This document shows positions 26,680-36,539 of a DNA stretch of 64,000 bases, piece by piece. The first letter of the stretch is position 1; each line of letters opens with the position of its first letter. A program made the translations under genes and the position numbers. Below the pieces are notes generated by a model, which was not told where the DNA came from, did not search any database, and saw nothing but the letters and a program-made list of their open reading frames with translations. The stretch is from Betaproteobacteria bacterium (GTDB lineage Bacteria; Pseudomonadota; Gammaproteobacteria; Burkholderiales; CAIKXV01), in assembly GCA_947458265.1 (NCBI GenBank), contig CANGYF010000013.1:57301-121300 (forward strand), written 5' to 3'.

Positions 26680-28677
26680 ATGCAGACCCGTATCAGACGA
26701 CGCGCAAGCAGGTCCCGCGCGGCTGGTCTCTGTGGCGCCAGTCTGCCGGGACTCGCGCGATCGATCCGCAGCACGATTGGCGGAGCAGGCAGGGCCGGCT
26801 GCCACGCGGTGGTGTTGCGGCTGGCCGTGCTCCTGTTGGCCGTACTGCTCTGGCCGCGGCCTGCCCTGGCCAATGACTCGAACGTGCTGGTGCTGTTCTC
26901 CAATGGTCGCCTGCTGCCCGCGAACGTGGAGGTCGAGCGCGGCCTGCGCCAGTCGTTGCCGCCAGGGCATCGCGGCAGCCTTTTCGAGGAGTTCCTCGAC
27001 GCACCCCGGTTCAGGGGTACGGATTTCGAACACGCGACGGTCGACTACCTGCGCGTGAAGTACCGTTCGCGCAGGCCAGCCATCATCGTGGCTGCAGGTC
27101 CGGAATCGCTCGCCTTCATTCTCGCGCATCGCAGCGTGCTGTTCCCCGGCGTGCCTGTCGTGCACCTGGGCGTATCGAGCGCCCAGCTCGGGCCACTGCC
27201 CGCCGATGTCATCGGGGTGCCGATCGAATACGATCTTGCAGGCACGATCGATCAGGCGCTGCGCTGGCATCCGACGGTGCGGCAGGTGGTGATCGTGACC
27301 GGCGCCTCGCCCATCGACCGGATGCTGGAAGCCCGGCTGCGCGCCGAGATGGTTCGGTTCCAGCCACGGGCGACATTCGAGTTCCTGGCGGGGGTGCCGG
27401 ATGCCGAACTGGTCCGCCGCCTCGGCGCGCTGAAGGGCGATTCCATCGTGTTCTCCCCCGGCTATTTCATGAACGGCGATGGCGTTGAAATGTCCCCGCG
27501 CGAGTCGGCGGTACATCTGGCGACCCTGTCCGCCGTTCCGGTCTACGCGCCGTACGACACGTTCATCGGTACTGGCGTGGTCGGCGGACGCATGCCGGCA
27601 TTCTTCGATGCAGGGCTGATCGCAGGCAGGATCATCGAGAGGCTGATGGCAGGCGAGGATCCCGGGTCGATACGCCTGCCCGCGGCTCAGCCCACCGCGC
27701 TGCATGTCGACTGGCGACAGATCGAGCGCTGGGGCATCCAGACCGACGGCGCCGGGCCGGATCTGATCGCGCATTACAAAGCACCGGGATTCCTCGATCA
27801 GTATGCCCGCGAAGCCGCTGTCGCCCTGGTCCTGTTCCTGCTCCAGACTGCACTGACTGCAGGCCTTGTCATCGAGCGCAGGCGGCGGCGGCGCGCGGAA
27901 TCGAGCATCCTCAGGCAGCGCGCGGAACTCGCGCATGCCACCCGGCTGCAGATCGGTGCGCAGCTGGCCGCCTCGATCGCCCACGAAATCAACCAGCCGC
28001 TGGGCGCCATACTGAACAACGCGGACGCTGGCATCATGATCCTCGATGCGGGGGGTAGCGTACCCAGCGCCGCGCTCCGGGACATCATCAGCGACATCCG
28101 CCGCGCCGATCTCCGCGCAAGCGAGGTGATCCGGCGCCTCAGGGCATTGCTGGCACAGCGCGAAGTCGAGCAGCGCCCCTTCGGCGTAGAAGACATGCTG
28201 CATGATGTCGAAGCCATCATGCGTTCCGAAGCCCAATTGCGCAAGGTCGCGCTGGAGTTCCTGGTGCCTGAAGGCAGAACGATCGTGACCGGCGACCGCA
28301 TCCAGATGCAGCAGGTGGTGATCAACCTGCTGCTCAACGCACTGGACGCCTGCGCCGACGTGCCCGCGGGGCGCCAGCGGGTATCGGTCTCGCTGAAAGC
28401 CGATGCGGACAGCGCGACGATCTGCGTGCGCGACCGCGGCCAGGGGATCCCCCTGGAATATCGTGCGCGGCTGTTCGAGTCGTTCTTCACCACCAGGCCC
28501 GACGGCATGGGCATGGGCTTGTCGATTTCGAGAACACTGGTCGATGCACATGGCGGGCGCATCTGGGCCGAACACGCTGAAGAAGGCACTCTCGTGAGCG
28601 TACGACTGCCGATATCCCCGCCAGAATGCATCGCAGAGGCCTGCGATGCTCCCGATCCGAGGATGCCGCACGCATGA
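26680..28677 (+). CDS. Sensor histidine kinase with periplasmic ABC-substrate-binding-like sensor domain
   Basis: The probable start is MQTRIRRR (26680), but 26635 or 26500 are possible. A TM helix is followed by a roughly 300-aa periplasmic domain, a second TM, then HisKA (SIAHEINQPLGAI) and HATPase (DRGQGIP, GMGMGLSISR). Confidence 0.85.
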   Translation: MQTRIRRRASRSRAAGLCGASLPGLARSIRSTIGGAGRAGCHAVVLRLAVLLLAVLLWPRPALANDSNVLVLFSNGRLLPANVEVERGLRQSLPPGHRGSLFEEFLDAPRFRGTDFEHATVDYLRVKYRSRRPAIIVAAGPESLAFILAHRSVLFPGVPVVHLGVSSAQLGPLPADVIGVPIEYDLAGTIDQALRWHPTVRQVVIVTGASPIDRMLEARLRAEMVRFQPRATFEFLAGVPDAELVRRLGALKGDSIVFSPGYFMNGDGVEMSPRESAVHLATLSAVPVYAPYDTFIGTGVVGGRMPAFFDAGLIAGRIIERLMAGEDPGSIRLPAAQPTALHVDWRQIERWGIQTDGAGPDLIAHYKAPGFLDQYAREAAVALVLFLLQTALTAGLVIERRRRRRAESSILRQRAELAHATRLQIGAQLAASIAHEINQPLGAILNNADAGIMILDAGGSVPSAALRDIISDIRRADLRASEVIRRLRALLAQREVEQRPFGVEDMLHDVEAIMRSEAQLRKVALEFLVPEGRTIVTGDRIQMQQVVINLLLNALDACADVPAGRQRVSVSLKADADSATICVRDRGQGIPLEYRARLFESFFTTRPDGMGMGLSISRTLVDAHGGRIWAEHAEEGTLVSVRLPISPPECIAEACDAPDPRMPHA

Positions 28678-29318
28678 ACGTCGCCCCGTTGATCCATGTC
28701 GTCGATGACGATGATGACCAGCGCAACGCCCTTCTGCGGCTGCTGGGTGCGGCCGGGTACGATGCTCGCGGCCATGCCTCGGTCGGGGATTTCCTGCTGC
28801 ACGAGTTGCACGAGTTGCCCGATCGGCCCGGCTGCCTGGTGCTCGACCTGCGCATGCCTGGACAATCCGGGCTGGACCTGCAGGCCGTGCTGAACGAACG
28901 CGAGCGTTCGTTGCCGATCGTTTTCCTGAGTGGCAACGCAGACGTTGCGAGCAGCGTGCGGGCGATGAAAGCCGGTGCGGTCGATTTCCTGACCAAGCCG
29001 GTAGAGTCCGCAACCCTGCTCAAGGCGATCGAGACCGCGCTTGCATCGGAGGCAGCGCAGCGCAAGGTCCGCAACGAGGCGCTACGCGTCGGCGCGCTGC
29101 TCTCGAGCCTGAGCACGCGCGAGCGTGCGGTGCTCGATCTGATCATCGCCGGCAGCCTGAACAAGCAGATCGCAGACACGCTGGGCATCGCGGAGCGCAC
29201 CGTCAAGCTGCACAGGGCAAACCTGATGAGCAAGCTCAACGTGAGGTCACCCGCGCAGCTCGGCCAGCTTGCCGAACAGTTGCGCGAGCGCAGCGGCCTG
29301 ACTCGATTCCAGTCCTAG
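28674..29318 (+). CDS. FixJ/LuxR-family response regulator
   Basis: There is an ATGA overlap with the kinase stop. The REC domain has VVDDDDD...LVLDLRMPG...K. The C-terminal LuxR HTH reads LSTRERAVLDLIIAGSLNKQIADTLGIAERTVKLHR. Confidence 0.9.
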   Translation: MNVAPLIHVVDDDDDQRNALLRLLGAAGYDARGHASVGDFLLHELHELPDRPGCLVLDLRMPGQSGLDLQAVLNERERSLPIVFLSGNADVASSVRAMKAGAVDFLTKPVESATLLKAIETALASEAAQRKVRNEALRVGALLSSLSTRERAVLDLIIAGSLNKQIADTLGIAERTVKLHRANLMSKLNVRSPAQLGQLAEQLRERSGLTRFQS

Positions 29319-29463
29319 GCGTTCGGTTGCAGGGCACGTCCGCGCCAACCGACATGCCTGCACTTTGGTGCAGGTCCGGGACGGTCTGCCGGCCCTCTTG
29401 CAGGGACATGCCTCCGGTCGGATACTTGCCGGCTCGTGATCGCGAAGAATGCGGAGTCGTCTG

Positions 29464-30309
29464 ATGAACACGTTCGAAAACCGGAATCGCCTGCGCAGGT
29501 CGGCCATGGCCATGGCCATGACGCTTGCAGCCTCGGTATCCACGCCGCTCCTGGCGCAATCCCAAGGGCAACCCGGCGCGTGGCAGTACTCGGGCTCCGT
29601 GTACGGTTACCTGCCCTCCATTGGCGGAAAGACCCGGTTTCCGGCGCCGGCAGGCGGATCCACGGTCGACATATCGGCAGAGCAGATACTGAACAGCCTC
29701 GACTTTGCGTTCATGGGCACGTTGCAGGCCCACAACGGGCAATGGGGCGTCTTCAGCGACCTCATCTACCTGAATGCGTCTGCCGACAAGGCAGGCAGCC
29801 GGGACTTCACCATCGGAAACACCGCCATCCCGGCAGGCACCTCCGCGTCGCTCGGGCTGAAAGTGAAGGGGCTTGTCTGGACCATTGCAGGCGAGTATCG
29901 CGTGCGTCCCGACCCTGGCCTCACGATCGATCTGTTCGGAGGTACCCGGCTTTTCTCGTTGAAGCAGGAACTCGACTACTCGATCACCGGCAGCCTCGGA
30001 CCCATGGCACCGGCAGGTCGTTCCGGCAACCTGGAGGTGAAATCCACGCTCTGGGATGCGATCGTCGGCGCCAAGGGACGCATGGCGCTGGGTGCCCAGG
30101 GCAGCCGCTGGTCGGTGCCCTTCTATGTCGATGTCGGCACGGGCGAATCGAAGCTCACATGGCAGGCGGCTGCCGGCTTGAGCTATTCCTATTCGTGGGG
30201 GGAACTGACCGCGCTGTGGCGTTACCTCGACTACGAGATGAAGTCGGGACAGTCGATCCAGAGCTTCAATTTCAACGGGCCGATGTTCGGGGCCACGTTT
30301 CGATGGTGA
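29464..30309 (+). CDS. Outer-membrane beta-barrel protein (unknown family)
   Basis: There is a signal peptide (..STPLLAQS), an alternating beta-strand pattern, and a C-terminal aromatic signature GATFRW. The start at 29464 is preferred over 29449. Confidence 0.7.
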   Translation: MNTFENRNRLRRSAMAMAMTLAASVSTPLLAQSQGQPGAWQYSGSVYGYLPSIGGKTRFPAPAGGSTVDISAEQILNSLDFAFMGTLQAHNGQWGVFSDLIYLNASADKAGSRDFTIGNTAIPAGTSASLGLKVKGLVWTIAGEYRVRPDPGLTIDLFGGTRLFSLKQELDYSITGSLGPMAPAGRSGNLEVKSTLWDAIVGAKGRMALGAQGSRWSVPFYVDVGTGESKLTWQAAAGLSYSYSWGELTALWRYLDYEMKSGQSIQSFNFNGPMFGATFRW

Positions 30310-30353
30310 GCACCCTCGGGCAGCCCGCCTGACCCGTCCTTCGCAGCCGCGCC

Positions 30354-31142
30354 GTGGATATTCACTCCTACTCCCCATATGCTGTCGCCGGCTTCACGCT
30401 GGTCTTCGTTCTGCTGGCCTTCGAAGCTGGCCGCCTGCTCGGACGCCTGAATACTCGCAGGACCGCCGAGAACGAGGGCCAGACATCGACCATCGTCGGA
30501 GCGATGCTCGGGCTGATCGCATTTCTGCTCTCCCTCACGTTCGCCTTCGTGGCCGATCGCTACGAAGACCGGAAGTCGCTGGTGCGCGAAGAGGCCAACG
30601 CGATCGGCACGGCCTACCTGCGTTCGGCGTTCCTGCCCGAGCCCCAGCAGGCGGAGGCCTCAGGCCTGTTCCGCAAGTATGTCGATCTGACGCTGGAGGC
30701 GGCGCGGGCGGGCGATCCCGATCTGATTCGCCGGATGGTGGAGGAATCCGTACCGATCCAGGAAGCGCTGTGGCGGATGGCGGTTGCCGAAGGGCGGCGC
30801 GACCTCAACTCCGACGTCGCCGCGCTGTACATCGAAGCGCTCAACGAGATGTTCGACATCCGGTCGACGCGAATCGCCGTTACGCTGGAGGCGCTCATGC
30901 CGATCGGCATCTGGCTGGTCCTCTACGCGGTCATCCTGCTGGGTTCGATCGGGGTGGGCTACCACGGCTCGCTGAACGGATCTCCCCGGCCCTGGACGTT
31001 ACCCCTGCTCGCCGTATCCTTTGCCATGGTGCTGGGACTCATCTCGGCGCTCGAGCAGCTCGACAGCAGGCTCGTCCAGGTACCGCAGGGGCCGCTCGTC
31101 TCGCTCAAGGCCTCGATGGATTCGGCAGCACCCGTGCGCTGA
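30354..31142 (+). CDS. Membrane protein, DUF4239-like
   Basis: GTG start. There is one N-terminal TM region, a soluble helical middle and two C-terminal TM helices. The family assignment is from memory of the overall layout only. Confidence 0.6.
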   Translation: MDIHSYSPYAVAGFTLVFVLLAFEAGRLLGRLNTRRTAENEGQTSTIVGAMLGLIAFLLSLTFAFVADRYEDRKSLVREEANAIGTAYLRSAFLPEPQQAEASGLFRKYVDLTLEAARAGDPDLIRRMVEESVPIQEALWRMAVAEGRRDLNSDVAALYIEALNEMFDIRSTRIAVTLEALMPIGIWLVLYAVILLGSIGVGYHGSLNGSPRPWTLPLLAVSFAMVLGLISALEQLDSRLVQVPQGPLVSLKASMDSAAPVR

Positions 31143-31242
31143 GGCGATCTTCCCGGCAGGGTGGGCAGCAGAAGCTCTGGACAGGTCGAGTCGCGATCGA
31201 GTAGCGTCTCGAGCAGGGCGCCCCTGCCGCAACCTGCCAGTC

Positions 31243-32766
31243 ATGGGAGTCATCATCGCAAGCAAACCGTCGGTCACCGCCAGCAAGCCGGCCGCGCGCC
31301 AGCAGGCGCGCAAGAAGGCACCCCTAAAGACCTCCAGAAAGGGGCCGGGTTCCCTGGCCGTCCCTTCCGCGGCGCACAAGGTCGCGCATCTGCCCGAACA
31401 GTCGCACGGACTGCCGCATGCCGAGCGCATGGCCCGAGGGCGCGGGCTGCGCGCGCTCAGCCCGCGGCGCGAGCTGGCTCGCTGGAAGGTCGCAGATGGC
31501 CGCGCCGATCCGATCGACCTGCTGATCGCCAACAGCGCCGGTCGTGTGCCCGAGCTGGTGCCGATCCGCTATGGCCGGATGATGGCGAGCCCGTTCGCGT
31601 TCTATCGGGGCGCTGCGGCGATCATGGCGCATGACCTGTCTTTTCTGCCGAAGATCGGGCTGGATGTGGTGGCGTGCGGAGACGCGCACCTGGTCAACTT
31701 CGGCGGCTTCGCCACGCCCGAGCGGCGGCTGGTGTTCGACATCAACGACTTCGATGAGGTTTCGGTCGCACCGTGGGAGTGGGATGTGCGCCGCCTCACC
31801 GCGAGCTTCGTCATCGCCGGACGGGCCAACGGGTTCAGCCCGGCCGACTGCACCGCTGCCGCGACCGCAGCGGCGCGCAGCTACCGTCAGCAGATCGCCC
31901 GCTACGCGGAGATGCCGGTGCTCGACGCCTATTACGAGTTCATCGACCTGAAGAAGCTCGCACTGGCCAACCCCGATGACGAACTGAAGAAGCTCACGCT
32001 CAAGCGCATCCGCAAGGCCGAGGCAGATTCGGCGCACCTGAAGGAGTTCGCCAGGCTCACCTTCCAGTCGGGGGAGACACCACGCATCAAGGACGAGCCA
32101 CCACTGATCTACCACGACCAGGACCTTCAGCGGCAGGCCGGCTTTCATGCGTTCGCCGAGGCGATGATCGCCGACTATGTCGACAGCCTGCCTCCGGAGC
32201 GGCGCATGCTGGTACAGCGCTACCGGCTCGCCGATGTCGCCGTGAAGGTGGTCGGGGTAGGCAGTGTCGGTACCTACTGCGGCATTGCGCTGATGGTGTC
32301 GGGCAACGGCGACCCGCTGTTCCTGCAGTTCAAGGAAGCACGCGCATCGGTGCTCGAGCCCTATTGCGGACGGGTACCGATACAGCACCACGGCGAGCGC
32401 GTGGTGTTCGGGCAGCGGCTGTTGCAGTCGGCCTCGGACATCTTCCTCGGCTGGATGACCAGCCAGAAGACCGGCCGCCACTTCTATGTCCGGCAACTGC
32501 GCGATGCGAAGATCAAGCCGATGGTCGAGATCATGAACCCGCTCGCCATGGTGGACTATGCCGAGGCTTGCGGATGGGCGCTGGCGCGTGCCCACAAGCG
32601 TTCCGGCGATGCGGTGGTACTCACCGGCTACATGGGCAGCACCGATGCCTTCGAAACGGGCATGGCCGGCTTTGCCACTGCCTATGCAGACCAGAACGAG
32701 CGTGATCATGCAGCGCTGGTTGCCGCGGTACGTTCCGGACGGGTGGAGGCGCGAGTCGACGTGTGA
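31243..32766 (+). CDS. DUF2252-family protein
   Basis: The blocks LVPIRYGRMMASPFAFYRGAA, CGDAHLVNFG and FDINDFDE are characteristic of DUF2252. The start is uncertain: 31243 gives a basic low-complexity leader, and 31429 is the alternative. Confidence 0.75.
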   Translation: MGVIIASKPSVTASKPAARQQARKKAPLKTSRKGPGSLAVPSAAHKVAHLPEQSHGLPHAERMARGRGLRALSPRRELARWKVADGRADPIDLLIANSAGRVPELVPIRYGRMMASPFAFYRGAAAIMAHDLSFLPKIGLDVVACGDAHLVNFGGFATPERRLVFDINDFDEVSVAPWEWDVRRLTASFVIAGRANGFSPADCTAAATAAARSYRQQIARYAEMPVLDAYYEFIDLKKLALANPDDELKKLTLKRIRKAEADSAHLKEFARLTFQSGETPRIKDEPPLIYHDQDLQRQAGFHAFAEAMIADYVDSLPPERRMLVQRYRLADVAVKVVGVGSVGTYCGIALMVSGNGDPLFLQFKEARASVLEPYCGRVPIQHHGERVVFGQRLLQSASDIFLGWMTSQKTGRHFYVRQLRDAKIKPMVEIMNPLAMVDYAEACGWALARAHKRSGDAVVLTGYMGSTDAFETGMAGFATAYADQNERDHAALVAAVRSGRVEARVDV

Positions 32767-32846
32767 CCAGGGCCACAGGGCGCCGACATGCCGCGCCGTG
32801 CGGGGCCTACAATGACGGTCTCGCAAAAGCGCAGTCAGCCCGAGGA

Positions 32847-34337
32847 ATGCCCGTGCAACCGACCAACCTGATCGTCATCCTGTCCGACGAGCACAACCCG
32901 AAGGTGGCCGGGTATGCTGGCCACCCGATCGTCCAGACGCCGAACCTCGATCGCCTCGCGGCCCGCGGCACCCGCTTCTCCAGCGCGTACACCAACTGCC
33001 CGATCTGCGTGCCGGGCCGCGCCAGCCTCGCCACCGGCCGCCATGTGCACGAGCACCGCTGCTGGGACAACGCGATCGCCTACGAGGGCGCGCCGCCGAG
33101 CTGGGGTCATCGCACGATGGCCGCTGGCCACCGCACGGTGTCGATCGGCAAGCTGCACTATCAGGACTCCGACCCGCGCCGAAACGGCTTCGATGAAGAG
33201 ATCCTGCCGATGCATATCGTCAATGGCGTCGGCGACCTGCTCGGCCTGATCCGTGACGAACTGCCGAAACGGGTCGGTGCGATGAAGCTCGGCCCCGAGG
33301 CCGGCCCGGGCGAGTCGGACTACACCCGTTACGACCGCGACATCGTCACCGCCACTCGCAAGTGGCTGCGCGAGGAAGCGCCGAAGCACAAGGACCGTCC
33401 CTGGGTGCTCTATGTCGGCTTCGTCGCGCCACACTTCCCGCTGATCGCACCGCAGGCCTTCTACGACCTGTACCCGCCCGCCTCGCTGCCCTGGCCGAAG
33501 ATGTATGCGAAGGAGGAGCGGCCGAAGCATCCGTTCATCGACCAGCAGCGCTGGTCGATGTGCTTCGACGACGGCTTCACCGGCGATGACATGGTGCGCC
33601 GTGCACTCGCCGGCTACTTCGGCCTGACCAGCTTCCTCGACGACAACATCGGGCAGGTCCTGGGCGCGGTTGAGGAACTCGGGCTTTGGGCGAACACGCG
33701 GGTGCTCTACTCGTCCGACCATGGCGACAACCTCGGGGCGCGCGGGCTGTGGGGCAAGTCGACGATGTACGAAGAGTCCGCCGGCATCCCGATGCTGCTG
33801 GCCGGCCCGGGCATCCCGGAAGGCGCGCGGGTCGATGCGCCGGTGTCGCTGGTCGACGTGTTCCAGACCACGCTCGATTCGCTCGGCGTGCCGGCGCATG
33901 CGGACGATGCCGACCTGCCCGGGCATTCGCTGATCGCGATGGCCAATGGTGCACGTCCGGAACGCACGGTGCTGTCCGAGTACCATGCAGCCGCATCGCC
34001 ATCCGGCTCGTTCATGATCCGCCATGGCCGCTACAAGTACATCCACTACGCCGCGTTCCGCGACTTCGTGCCGCCGCCGATGCTGTTCGACCTTGAAGCC
34101 GATCCGGAAGAGACGGTAGACCTGGCTGGCGATCCCGCCCATGCCGATGCGCGTGCGCAATGCCTGGCCGCCCTGATGAAGATCGTGGACCCGCAGGCGG
34201 CCGATGCATTGGCGCGCGCCGACCAGCAGGTGTACATCGACCGGCATGGCGGCCGCGATGCCATCCTGGGTCTGGGTACCTTCCGCTACACGCCACCGCC
34301 CGGCGTCGATCCGCAGTACTTCGCGAAGAAGCCCTGA
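32847..34337 (+). CDS. Sulfatase-family hydrolase (no signal peptide, choline-sulfatase-like layout)
   Basis: ATG at 32847 follows GAGGA. NLIVILSDEH and CPICVPGRASLATGR are present, giving a C-x-P-x-R formylglycine motif CVPGR. SDHGD is also present. Confidence 0.85.
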   Translation: MPVQPTNLIVILSDEHNPKVAGYAGHPIVQTPNLDRLAARGTRFSSAYTNCPICVPGRASLATGRHVHEHRCWDNAIAYEGAPPSWGHRTMAAGHRTVSIGKLHYQDSDPRRNGFDEEILPMHIVNGVGDLLGLIRDELPKRVGAMKLGPEAGPGESDYTRYDRDIVTATRKWLREEAPKHKDRPWVLYVGFVAPHFPLIAPQAFYDLYPPASLPWPKMYAKEERPKHPFIDQQRWSMCFDDGFTGDDMVRRALAGYFGLTSFLDDNIGQVLGAVEELGLWANTRVLYSSDHGDNLGARGLWGKSTMYEESAGIPMLLAGPGIPEGARVDAPVSLVDVFQTTLDSLGVPAHADDADLPGHSLIAMANGARPERTVLSEYHAAASPSGSFMIRHGRYKYIHYAAFRDFVPPPMLFDLEADPEETVDLAGDPAHADARAQCLAALMKIVDPQAADALARADQQVYIDRHGGRDAILGLGTFRYTPPPGVDPQYFAKKP

Positions 34338-34349
34338 GCGGAGGACGCG

Positions 34350-35327
34350 ATGCGCGCAACGATCACCGCACACCCTGCGCTCGCCGCGCTCGCCCTGATC
34401 GCGGCAGTTCCCGTCGCAGGGGCTGCGGAGCAGGCCTGGCCAGCGCGGCCGATCCGCTTCATCATCAACTCGGCGCCGGGCGGCGCGCCGGACATCATCG
34501 GGCGGCTGGCGGCCACCCCGCTCGCCGAGCGTCTCGGGCAGCAGGTGGTGGTCGACAACCGGGCTGGCGCGAGCGGCATCATCGCAGCCGAACTGGTCGC
34601 GCGTGCCGCCCCCGACGGCTACACCGCGCTGCTGGCGACGACCACGGTGTTCGCGATGCTGCCGGCGATGCATCCGAAGCTGCCCTACGACGTCGAGCGC
34701 GACTTCGCACCGGTGAGCCTGCTCGCCTCGGCAGCGAACGTGGTGGTGGTCAACGGCGCGCTGCCAGTGAAGAACATCGCAGACCTGGTCGCCCTGGCGA
34801 AGACCCGGCCGCTGCTCTATGCATCGGCTGGCACCGGGACGCCAGCCCACCTCGCTGGCGAGATGATGAACCTCGCCGCCGGATTGAAGATGGGCCATGT
34901 GCCCTACAAGGGCGCCGGCCCGGCGCTGGCCGATGTGCTCGCGGGACAGGTGCACCTGATCATCACTTCGCCGATCGCGGCGATGCCGCACGTGGCCGGC
35001 GGGCGCGTGCGCCTGGTCGCCACCACCGGCGCGACGCGCGACCCTTTGCTGCCCGACCTGTCGCCCGTGGCCGACACCCTGCCCGGCTACGAGATCACCC
35101 AGTGGTGGGGCATGGTGGTGCCTTCGAAGACGCCGCAACCGCTGGTGCAGCGCCTCAACAGGGAACTCAGCGCAATCCTCGCCCAGCCCGACATGCGCGA
35201 CCGGCTGACCCAGCAGGGCGCGGTGCTCCACGGCGGCTCGCCGCAACGCTTCGCGACGTTCATCGCCTCCGAACGCGCCCGGCTGGGCGCGATCATCCGC
35301 CAGGCGGGGATCACCCTTCGCGACTGA
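34350..35327 (+). CDS. Bug-family (TctC-like) substrate-binding protein
   Basis: A signal peptide is followed by WPARPIRFIINSAPGGAPD and VDNRAGASG. Confidence 0.9.
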   Translation: MRATITAHPALAALALIAAVPVAGAAEQAWPARPIRFIINSAPGGAPDIIGRLAATPLAERLGQQVVVDNRAGASGIIAAELVARAAPDGYTALLATTTVFAMLPAMHPKLPYDVERDFAPVSLLASAANVVVVNGALPVKNIADLVALAKTRPLLYASAGTGTPAHLAGEMMNLAAGLKMGHVPYKGAGPALADVLAGQVHLIITSPIAAMPHVAGGRVRLVATTGATRDPLLPDLSPVADTLPGYEITQWWGMVVPSKTPQPLVQRLNRELSAILAQPDMRDRLTQQGAVLHGGSPQRFATFIASERARLGAIIRQAGITLRD

Positions 35328-35420
35328 CCGCGACTGACCGCGACTGAACGGGACCGAACGGCACTGATCGGGGCGAACGCAGCGCCTCGCCCCCCTCGCC
35401 CCCCCTCGCGCCCCCTCGCG
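35321..35420. repeat. Two adjacent 10-bp-period tandem microrepeat tracts
   Basis: CGACTGACCG occurs three times and then decays (GGACCGAACG, GCACTGATCG). It is followed by three copies of CCCCCTCGC(C/G). The first unit overlaps the stop codon of the Bug gene. Confidence 0.7.
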
Positions 35421-35512
35421 TCGCACCCGCGTTGACGGCACCGTTGCGCATGCGACAGGCTCACCTTGGGGCTATGCTCGAAAAAATCCCTTCCTGATAT
35501 CGGAGACGCCCA

Positions 35513-36478
35513 ATGAACATGCGCATCCCGGCCGCCGCTGCCGTTGCCCTCGTCACGCTGGGCACGACCATTCCCGCGTCTGCCCAGTCCTTCCCGTCGC
35601 GCCCGATACGCATGATCGTCGGCTTCCCGCCCGGCGGGGCGACCGACCTGGTCGCGCGCATCCTGCAGCCCAAGCTGCAGGAGTCCTTCGGACAGCAACT
35701 GGTGGTCGACAACCGCCCCGGCGCCAACGGCGTGATCTCGCTGGAGATCCTGTCGCGCAGCGATGCCGACGGCCACAGCGTGGCGTTCGGCCACATCGGC
35801 AACCTGGTGATCAGCCCGACGATCCAGAAGGTGCCCTACGACCCCTACAAGAGCTTCGAGCCGATCGGCATGATGGTCACGCTGCAGAACATCATGATCG
35901 TGCATCCGTCGGTGCAGGCGAAGTCCCTGAAGGACCTGATCGCGCTGGCGAAGGCGAAGCCGGGCACGATCAACTACGCCACCTCCGGCGTCGGCAGCCC
36001 GGGACACCTGGCCACCGTGCTGTTCGAGACGATGACCGGCACCTCGCTCAACCACATCCCCTACAAGGGCGGCGGGCCGGCGCTCACCGACCTGATCGGC
36101 GGCCAGATCCCGATGTTCACCGCGGTGATCTCGACCGCAGTGCCGCAGGTGCAGGCTGGCAAGGCGCGCGCGCTGGCGGTGACCGGGGCGAAGCGCGCCG
36201 AGGCCCTGCCCGACGTGCCCACGGTCGCAGAGGCCGGCGTACCCGGCTACCAGGCCACCAACTGGTACGGCCTGGTCGCACCTGCGACAACGCCGAAGCC
36301 GGCGATCGCACGCTTCAACAAGGACATGGTGGCCGCGCTCGATTCGGCCGACGTGCGCCAGCAGCTGAAGGACCGTGGCATCGAGAGCGCCCCCAGCTCG
36401 CCGGAGGCGTTCACCCGCTTCGTGCGCGAGGAAGAGAAGCGCTGGGGCCCGATCATCCGCAAGGGCAAGTTCGAATAG
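35513..36478 (+). CDS. Bug-family (TctC-like) substrate-binding protein
   Basis: A signal peptide is followed by FPSRPIRMIVGFPPGGATD and VDNRPGANG. Confidence 0.9.
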   Translation: MNMRIPAAAAVALVTLGTTIPASAQSFPSRPIRMIVGFPPGGATDLVARILQPKLQESFGQQLVVDNRPGANGVISLEILSRSDADGHSVAFGHIGNLVISPTIQKVPYDPYKSFEPIGMMVTLQNIMIVHPSVQAKSLKDLIALAKAKPGTINYATSGVGSPGHLATVLFETMTGTSLNHIPYKGGGPALTDLIGGQIPMFTAVISTAVPQVQAGKARALAVTGAKRAEALPDVPTVAEAGVPGYQATNWYGLVAPATTPKPAIARFNKDMVAALDSADVRQQLKDRGIESAPSSPEAFTRFVREEEKRWGPIIRKGKFE

Positions 36479-36539
36479 CCCGCGCGCACGCCGGTGCAGG
36501 GCGCCGCGAGGCGGGCCCTGCATACCGCCGGAGCGCGGC

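Noticed and set aside
35321-35420. Possible CRISPR-like array
   Set aside because: The units are only 10 bp and directly contiguous, with no spacers and no cas genes. It is a simple tandem microrepeat.
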